From Cycas panzhihuaensis (Eukaryota > Plantae > Cycadophyta), in contig CM041465.1 of NCBI GenBank assembly GCA_023213395.1, positions 227,733,741 through 227,797,740 of the forward strand: DNA of 64,000 bases, read 5' to 3'. This document shows positions 55,232 to 64,000 of the stretch, one piece after another. A program made the position numbers and the translations under genes. Each line of letters starts with the position of its first letter. Positions within the stretch are counted from its first letter, which is position 1. The notes under the pieces are model-generated. The model saw nothing but the letters and a program-made list of their open reading frames with translations, was not told the DNA's origin and did not search any database.

Positions 55232-55990
55232 CCTCTCTGCCCCATAATATAGGGGGTACCTATGCTCTGGTACAAGTCTAAACTACTAATTTTCTCTCAA
55301 ATAACCCTAAACTACCTTTGCTCATGATGCCTATTATACCCACTAGGGGCATGACACCATGCAATGCTTATTATATACCTCATCCTTTACCATAGGTAAG
55401 GATATTACCCTACATGGGCACCTAGCTCCAAAATGAGCCTAAACTATATTTGTCTATGGAATTTGTCACCCCCACAAGGGGGTACTTCACCATGCCATGT
55501 TTATTACCTCATTTCAATTCTTGGCCATTGGACAACTCTTGCCCCATAAGGGCATTATACTCTATCATGAGTATAAATTATCACATGTAAATACTATTTA
55601 TAAAATTCAAAAAATTATATGTATATTTATGCTTACTATTTTGTCATTGTATACCCATAGGGTGTAGATCCCCTTTGCACCTATGATGGTGCCTTAGGCT
55701 CCATGATAAGCCTCTCTTTCCCCTATGGGCATTCCCCATTAGAGGTATGAGACTCCTCCATTAGTATAAACTGGAAACATGGTGCATCATGTCACTTCAT
55801 ATGAGTGAGAAATAAAATTATGATCATATTTTTATGTGCTATGTATGTGAGCTATGATGCCATGCATAAGGGTAAATATCAACTCAAAAGTACATAGAAA
55901 TAGAATATACATTAACATATGGAAGTGATAGAATGCATCCATATAAAAGTACACCAATATTGAAAGAATGTAGAAGCACCAATTAACCTC

Positions 55991-56050
55991 CACACACACA
56001 CACACACACACACATACATACACACACACACATACATATATACACACACA
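55991..56050. repeat. (CA)n microsatellite
   Basis: Read directly. Confidence 0.95.
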
Positions 56051-56776
56051 TAAAACGTATAATGTAGATACATGGAAAATACTCTACGAGGGAGTTGAAA
56101 TCTTTGCAGATGTGTACAACCACCTAATTAAGCCACATGATACATAACTCCATACCCCTAGAGGTCCAACTTACCTCTAATATAAAAATATAACCCTTAC
56201 CATCATCTCATGGTATGCCATCTCCCAAGCAAGGTCCTCTCCTCTTAGGCATCTAGGTGTGACCTCTTAAACTATGCCTTAATTTTTATGAAGGCCCCAC
56301 CTCACTCCTCATCCCTCATCTGGTGGTGTGTCAGGTTGTGGATGTCCTACTCTAACTTCATGATGACCTAGTGGTTACATGCTTAATGAGGCATTCATAC
56401 CTCTCTCGTAGGACATCCCTCTCTCTATGGACCTTCTCTAATCAAGATCATAGATTGATATTCTTTACCACCACACTTGGAACTACCACCTTATGTGGGG
56501 CCACTACTATAGGGGGAACTTCCCCTACTCCACGTGCCTCTGGCTCCCTAATTTGGGACTATATATCATATCTCTTAACTTCCTACATCTACCTAACCCT
56601 CAATAAGAGGCTAAAGACCATTATGTATGGATGTGCTAATGTTGGATCCTTGCTATCAACAATGGGAGGTTATCCCATCACATATACTATAGGGAAGACC
56701 TTATCAATAACATGATGAGGGAAGTCTAGTGTAAAATCCTCACATATGAATAAAACATGTCCACAAGTTAATAATG

Positions 56777-56890
<114 letters not shown>

Positions 56891-56929
56891 AAAAATAACC
56901 TATCATATAAACTAAAATGGATTGAAGGT

Positions 56930-58020
56930 AGAGAATAAAAGGATAATACCTCTTGAAGTTGTCTCTCCCTATGCCTCTCCCTATGCTTCCAGGACCACAT
57001 GGCCACCTCCCTCTTCCTTTATGTTGCCACTATGTGCCAAGTCTCCCTCAATGGCCTCCTCCTCCTCCTTAGCTCTGACAACTTCCTCATCCTCCCCAAT
57101 CACCTCTTTGCCTACTACCATTAGCTCTATTATAGCTCCTTACCCTCATTTTCACTATCCTAATAGACACCCTAGTAAAGATGACTCACGTAGTCATTAA
57201 GTATCAATAGGTCTAAGGATGTAGTATTAATTATGTGTCTGAATTACTCTGGCTCCTCTAAACTTTGGAATTATGATGGCCACCTATGGTTGAGGGCTCC
57301 TTTTGGTGCTACTAGTTGTGGCCCACCCATAGGCACCACTCTATAGAAGTGATAAAAAAACCAACACTACAATAAGGAGAAATATGAGAAACCCCCATAT
57401 TTGGCTATCCAAATCTAATCTAATTATGCCTAGATATTGGGCACTATAAGGGCCACCTAATCCAACCTCTTGCCACTCTCATAGCATTGATTGGCATCCA
57501 TCCATCTATAGGGCACCTCTCTGTAGTTATATCATTAGGATATTTGGAATAGAATCATAAAAATATCAATTTTCTTAATCGAGGAATATTAGTAGCCATA
57601 ATCTTCCTCAAACTCCCTCCTTGATGGTCCTACTAGCCTCTCCTAAAGAAATAAGTTTTTGCTGCCCCATGAACATTCTCAATGCTCGATAAAATTCCTA
57701 TCTTAAGAGGTGATACTCTCACTGGTAATCCTAAAAGCCTCCTCATATCACTCAGTGATAGTGAGATCCCCTACACTTGGAATATGGAACACCTACATCC
57801 TCTTACCCTAATAGGACATAATATCCACTAGTAGAGCTTGGTCTAATGCATATTGCTATGTTGTGACTACCCATAGCAATCGATAGTGCTTTAGGACCTC
57901 TCAATCATGACTTGATATTAATTTGTGAGTCCAAATAGAGGTGTACCTATATTATTGTGATTATCAATTATGGAAATAACCTATAAACATATACAAAAGA
58001 CACCTATAAGACTCCATCAT
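56930..58020 (-). pseudogene. Antisense extra ORF with a plant mobile domain (PMD, MAIN/MAIL-like)
   Basis: Minus strand reads YALDQALLVDIMSY*GKRM*VFHIPSVGDLTIT/DMRRLLGLPV (cf. PMD LDxALLxALxERW..FHLPxGExTITLxDVxxLLGLP), then GGFSYFSLL*CW and an acidic tail KEEEEAIEG. Boundaries are approximate. Confidence 0.72.
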
Positions 58021-59451
58021 ACATCTAGATTGATTCTATGACTAGAAATGACTTGATAGAGTGACTTTAGGAGGTATTTTTGAGGAAAATATTAATTTTT
58101 TAACTTGCTATCCTATATTGCAGATATCTTTGTGATACTACAAATATATTTGTAGTATTGGTATGATTGTTATAACACTACAAGGTTTTCTTATAAAATA
58201 CCACAATACCACAATAATTCAAGGTAAATAAATAAATAACCTCAAGGTAAAACTAGCTTATCCAATAAGACTAGGACATCAAATTACCCTATTCTAACCT
58301 TGATTAGCAACCAATTCAACCCTCATGAGGCCAAATTTCACTAAATAGGGCATGACCCTAATAAAAATTTAGAAATACTAAAAATTAAAAAATAAAATAA
58401 ATAGGGATGATCCACCTACCAGGTTAGGATGTACGATAACCATCACTAAGTCTTGGATTTAATAGCTCCATCTACTTGTGAATCCAATGGTTAGTTTGCT
58501 CTCAACAAACATGGGAAGATTAACATAAAAACATAGAAAAGTTTTCTTAAGGAAGTTCTTAACAACCTAATATAAAAATGAAATGAAAATGAATTGGAAA
58601 ACTTGATTTTATAGACAATTATAACCCAACCATATAGCATTCATTTTCTCTCCTATTTGTTTCTTTAGGAACTCTATTCTACCATCCTCATTCTCACACC
58701 ATTGTCATGCTTTTCCTTATAACCTAGCTTTTGTATTATAGGCCCAAGTTTTATCCATTTTTTATCATTAATACACATCATTAATAACCTTGTTATCACT
58801 TTGAGATAAAGCCCTCTATCCTCCCTAGTGACCTATCTCATTATATATCAGTGTTTATAATTCACTAAACCATCTCATATATTTTGTACCCATATTAACT
58901 CATTGTATTTTAAGCATTACTTGACCCTCACTTTCTCATCAGTAACATGCTTTTTATTGCTTTATGAAATTGTCATATATACATTTATCTGCACCTTTAG
59001 ATTAACCTTTTATAGTTATGACCTCCCTTGACCATGTCATCATCCCGTAGGTCCCTTCTTATACCTATTTGATTATCAAGTGAGCTTTAAGTACCCTTGA
59101 CTCCCCTCTTGCTAGCGTCATTTGTGCATTTTCTCACTCATAGTGTGTTTTCCTTCTTATCTTGTAGCTCTTTTCATGACCATGGTAGTGCCTATATACC
59201 ATTTCGTCTAATTCACTACTCAAATGTGGGCTTGTAATGTCTCCCATTTGGATCCCTATTATAATAAACATCTTGGTTCTTCATGGTAATGGATCAGATG
59301 ACTCGTTCCATGCATATCCTATGATATGCATTTAGAATACTCATATACTTGCCCTTTATATCCTTCAAATTGAACCTCCTCACTCATTTCTCATGGTTCA
59401 ACCATGCTATTTGTTAAAGCTTAGATGATATGACAAGCCTTCTTGGTTTTC

Positions 59452-59787
<336 letters not shown>

Positions 59788-60237
59788 GCTCTCTTAAAGC
59801 CAAAAAAAGAAGAGAAAATTAAAAAAAAAAGAAAAAGAAAGAGTATACAAAAAATAAAACATATATGCATATATTTTAGGGGAGCATATTCACCACTACC
59901 TCCTTTCCATCTGAGGTACGTTGAATGATAGCCTCATCTCCACCTATGGTTTGTAGGTTGCATCTAATTGAGTAGGCCATTTAGGATGTTTAGATCTAGT
60001 TGTTTGAACCTACCATGGTCTTAATCATGATCAAAACCTATTTGGCATAGATGCAACTTATGATGGGATTTGGAAGAGGTTGTGATGCTGGTATATAATT
60101 ATTCCTAAAAACTAAGTTCCACTAATCATCTTAGTTAGACTATACATGCCCACTTGACTTCTTATGATGATTAGTTGATTTCTATTACATCCCTCTATTT
60201 AATGACTGCACCTTGAGTTGTCTTTATACCTATCCCT

Positions 60238-60669
60238 ATGGCATTAATCATCCACAATAATGGGGGTAGTTGTGGGAATCCTAGGCCTTCTACTATAACA
60301 TGGACCATCTAGGACCATTTAGGGCACACTCTCATATGATTTGGAGTCTACCTACCTATTGCCACTAATAACAGGGCACAGTATACTAGTATCATTGAAG
60401 CCTTGACTAACACCTTGTATATCCATCATGGCTCCATTGTGTTGTACTATGACTCCCAACTCATAGTGTCATGGCTTACCCAAGCCTACCAGGTTCATTT
60501 CCCATAATTAAGATCTCTTGTTGACCTTGCTCGATCCTTTTTTATCTAATTTCCTTCCATCTCCATTCATCATATCTCATGACAACTTAATATCAAGACT
60601 AATAGGTTAGTGGCCTTTATCCTTGAGTGTCATTTTCCATTGGTGGGTGACCTTGTTTTGGCCCAATGA
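60238..60669 (+). pseudogene. Stand-alone RNase HI (archaeal-type aRH) ORF in the 3' region of the Tat element
   Basis: One frame, in-frame stops only: MALIIHNNGGSCGNPRPS...ATNNRAQY..IIEAL...YYDSQLIV..AYQV...IHHIS*QLNIKTNRL (cf. DGGSRGNPGP, TNNxAEY, DSQLVV, NxxADxLA). Confidence 0.88.
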
Positions 60670-60884
60670 GCCTCTAACTGAGAAACATATCTAGGGGTAA
60701 TCCCCTATAGTCTCACCTTTGAGGGGTACTCACTAAAGAGTCTAAATTATGGTGATAATCTCAAGCATTCTTAACCTACTTTGGAAGCTTAGCCAAACTA
60801 ATGACTTCCTTTATACTCTAACAAGAGCCTAAACCACCACTTATTCTTAAGACAAGGATAAACTATCTTTTGTATGTGTGTGTG

Positions 60885-61004
<120 letters not shown>

Positions 61005-61769
61005 ACTAGATGGCCCTTCTAGTTTATATGGCTCCTTGGTGCCCATGACCTCATCTTCCTTATTTTAGCCATCATTTCCCTTATTTGTATATTTCCTTTT
61101 TATATAATTTCTACTTATAAAAATACAAAAATAATAGGAAACCATCAAAACTTAAAAAAAAAAAAACATAAAATCAATAAAATACATAAAAATTATAAAA
61201 TGATAAAATCTAAAAGATAATATAAAATACTAAAAATATAAAAATTATAAATACTTAAAACCAAAAATATAACTTCAAGATGAGCCCAAACAACTCCTAC
61301 TCTAAAAGATGACCATTGATGAAGTTAAACTATAGTGACCCACTTAGACTCATCGAATCTCTCCCTCAAGTATTTTAGGTACTATGCATATCCAAGGGCT
61401 TAGGGCTTCTAAGCCCCCACCTTAGGCCATGTTTCCCACCTTGTCTTACTATCAAAATAACCCCTCCATTATTTGATACCTTTATTTATGCATGTCTAGG
61501 CCCATGGTAGCCACATGTGCACTCAAATTGATTTGGTCCTTGACCCATCATCCTCCCTAGCTTGTACATCTTTGACATAGTTTCTCTAGGAGGATAAACT
61601 AAGGGCAATAGCCTTCGACCATTTTCTAATGAGGCACCACTATGGAAAATATTGCCCCTTGTTACATACATATATTAGTTTATTATTACATATCTTACAT
61701 CATTTATGTTAGTAACGTTCCCCATCTTTTGGCCATAGGTTGAAAAAGGCTCTACTGCGAAGGGGGTAG

Positions 61770-64000
61770 TGTTTCGTAACTTTTAGTAATGACATAAACA
61801 GTTTGATATACAAGTAAGTATATGTATGCTTTGCTATTCTTTTCACTTTATTGATTTGATATATCACAATTTTAGATAGTTGAAGTATATCTCTGCTTTC
61901 TTGTTTATTTGATTACTCATATGTATTTGTAACTAATGATGAGTATGACTTTGGTCGATGGTTGTTAGTCCACCTATTGGGCTCTTTGAGGAAGAATGGA
62001 TACTATTTTTTCGTTTGTAATATTCTATTATCCTTATTTTAATCCATTAAATCCACCTTTTCCATAATTTATTATATGGTTTTGAATGCATCTATATCTA
62101 GGCCCTTTCATTGATGAGTTTTTGGCTTGATTACATGTGATTTTTATTGGAAAACCTCATCTATTACTAAACTATTAGTGGTTTTTCTTATAACAATAGT
62201 ATCATAAAGTATTTCATGGTACTATAAACAACATTTTGGTACTATAAATATATTTGTGATATGACTATTACTTATCTAGATTTGGGTTTGTTAGTGACAA
62301 TCAACTCATTAATATAAGATTATCAACCATGATTAGTTTATGTCAGCTCTAGGTTAGTGCTCATCAGGTTTGAGTGGCCTAAGAGGCTAAATGTTACCTA
62401 AATCTTTACATTCCCATGTGGTTTTACTTTAATCCATGAGTAGGACTCATGGACTTAGTTTGATGGTTCTTCCTACATTATGGTCTAAAAACCATTCACC
62501 CTACACCATACTTTCATATATAAAATCCCATTATTTTTCTATTAGAAAGGGGAAGATCAAGAGAGACCGTACACCATGTTGTTATGGTACTAAAATTCCA
62601 TTGAAATTTGGCAATCTTGACTTATAATCTACTATATTATGGATTTTATCTTGGAGATATTATACCACTCAGCTTTGGAGACACTTAGAGAGGAATATTT
62701 ATAGCCATTGGCCACATCTATCCACTTGGGATAGGTAATTATTTCTTCCTCACATTAGTATTTTGTTTCTCAAATATTTTTCCTTATTTTTTACTTGGCA
62801 TGTTTCTTGTGAATTAGTAAGTTATTTTTCCTTTTAATAACATACAACTTTAGATAGTAATTTATTCCTTTTGTTTCCTTTATTACTTCATATGTTATAG
62901 GTTCTATTGTTGCAAAGGGGAAGGTGGCACCTAAGTACTCTTAGGGAACCCACCAACGTTTGAGGGATAAGAGCCATTCTGAGGCTTCTATTTTCCTCTT
63001 TTACTTGTTGTATCTTTTAACTTGCTTCCAAATTTACTTTATATAATTGAGATATTATGCCTATGTAGTTGTCTTTTGGTAGAGTAATTTTCTTATAGGG
63101 TGCTAATATTATTGCAAGAGAAAGAGGAGGTCAAGAACACCCTCCATTATTGACTAAATAACTTGGGACATCTCACTATAAGCTCTTCTAGTAGCAACTC
63201 TTCAAGAGGTAAGGCTAATTCATTTGAATTAGTTTTTATTTTCTAATTTTAGATCTCTTTATACTTTCTTTTTTCATCATAAACATATTCAACAAGTAGA
63301 AATACTATCAGATTTATCTTAGAATCATATCATAGACGCATCTTATTCCAATTGCTTCTTAGGACACTCTTTGCAAGTTGAAGAGAGACCTATTCAATTA
63401 GCAAGTTTCACATTCACTAGGTACACCTTTTTCCTTAGTTTTTATTTATTATGTTTGATTCTAACTAAAAATAAAGAAAGAAGAAAAGGGAAAAGAGAAT
63501 GGGGTTTCTTATTTATTTTTCTAAAAGAATATAAATAAAAGATTAAAAGGCAAGTTTCTTTGGCTCATTCCCCCTTTTTTCCCTCTACTTTTCTTTCCAA
63601 AAAAAAAGAAGAAAGAAAAAGGAATTTACATTTTCTTTTATTTCCTTTTCCCAAAACAAAAGGAGAAAGAGAAAATCCCTTTATTTACCACCCTCTTCTC
63701 TCCTTAGTTAAATAGAGAAAAGTTCCCCCCCTCCTAAAAAAAAGAAAAAAAGAAAACCAAAAAATATTTGTATCTTTATTCCTATTCCATTATATTACAT
63801 TAAATTGTATTAGAAGTAGATACATAGGTCTTTTATATATGAACTAATCATAGAACCAATGCATGAGAAGGAAACTATACAACTACAAGCCCTAAATCCA
63901 CAAGGGAAACATTGCAACCATAGTTAGGATTTATCTAATACTTTCATCAAAATAAAAAACCATATAGTTGTATATAGGTATGTGTTCCATTCTCTTAATT
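61770..64000 (+). repeat. 3' LTR (partial) of the old Tat element
   Basis: Starts TGTTTCG after the PPT; aligns to 45277 through about 47500. Confidence 0.92.

Overview
This window is a heterochromatic, retrotransposon-only stretch of a large seed-plant genome, probably a gymnosperm (inferred from a MORF fragment, a 3'-located extra RNase H and heavy C->T decay). I found no intact host gene. About ten LTR retroelements are nested up to three deep, most with LTR, PBS, PPT or TSD readable by eye. They are a Tork/Tnt1-like Copia, a minus-strand Reina-like gypsy split by insertions, several deleted non-autonomous elements, a young 10-kb GAG-PR-only Tat element and an old full-length relative of it. 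The old Tat carries an antisense plant-mobile-domain ORF and a stand-alone RNase HI. Highlights: (i) an apparently intron-less MORF/RIP RNA-editing-factor fragment captured antisense inside an element with mismatched LTRs; (ii) a papain-family signal peptide plus I29 prodomain captured in a Copia leader; (iii) a 5x85-bp double-hairpin array with compensatory changes, whose GCTC-N6-GAGC-CTAAACTA core recurs in the older autonomous relative. All translations and alignments were done by eye; unanchored boundaries are approximate.
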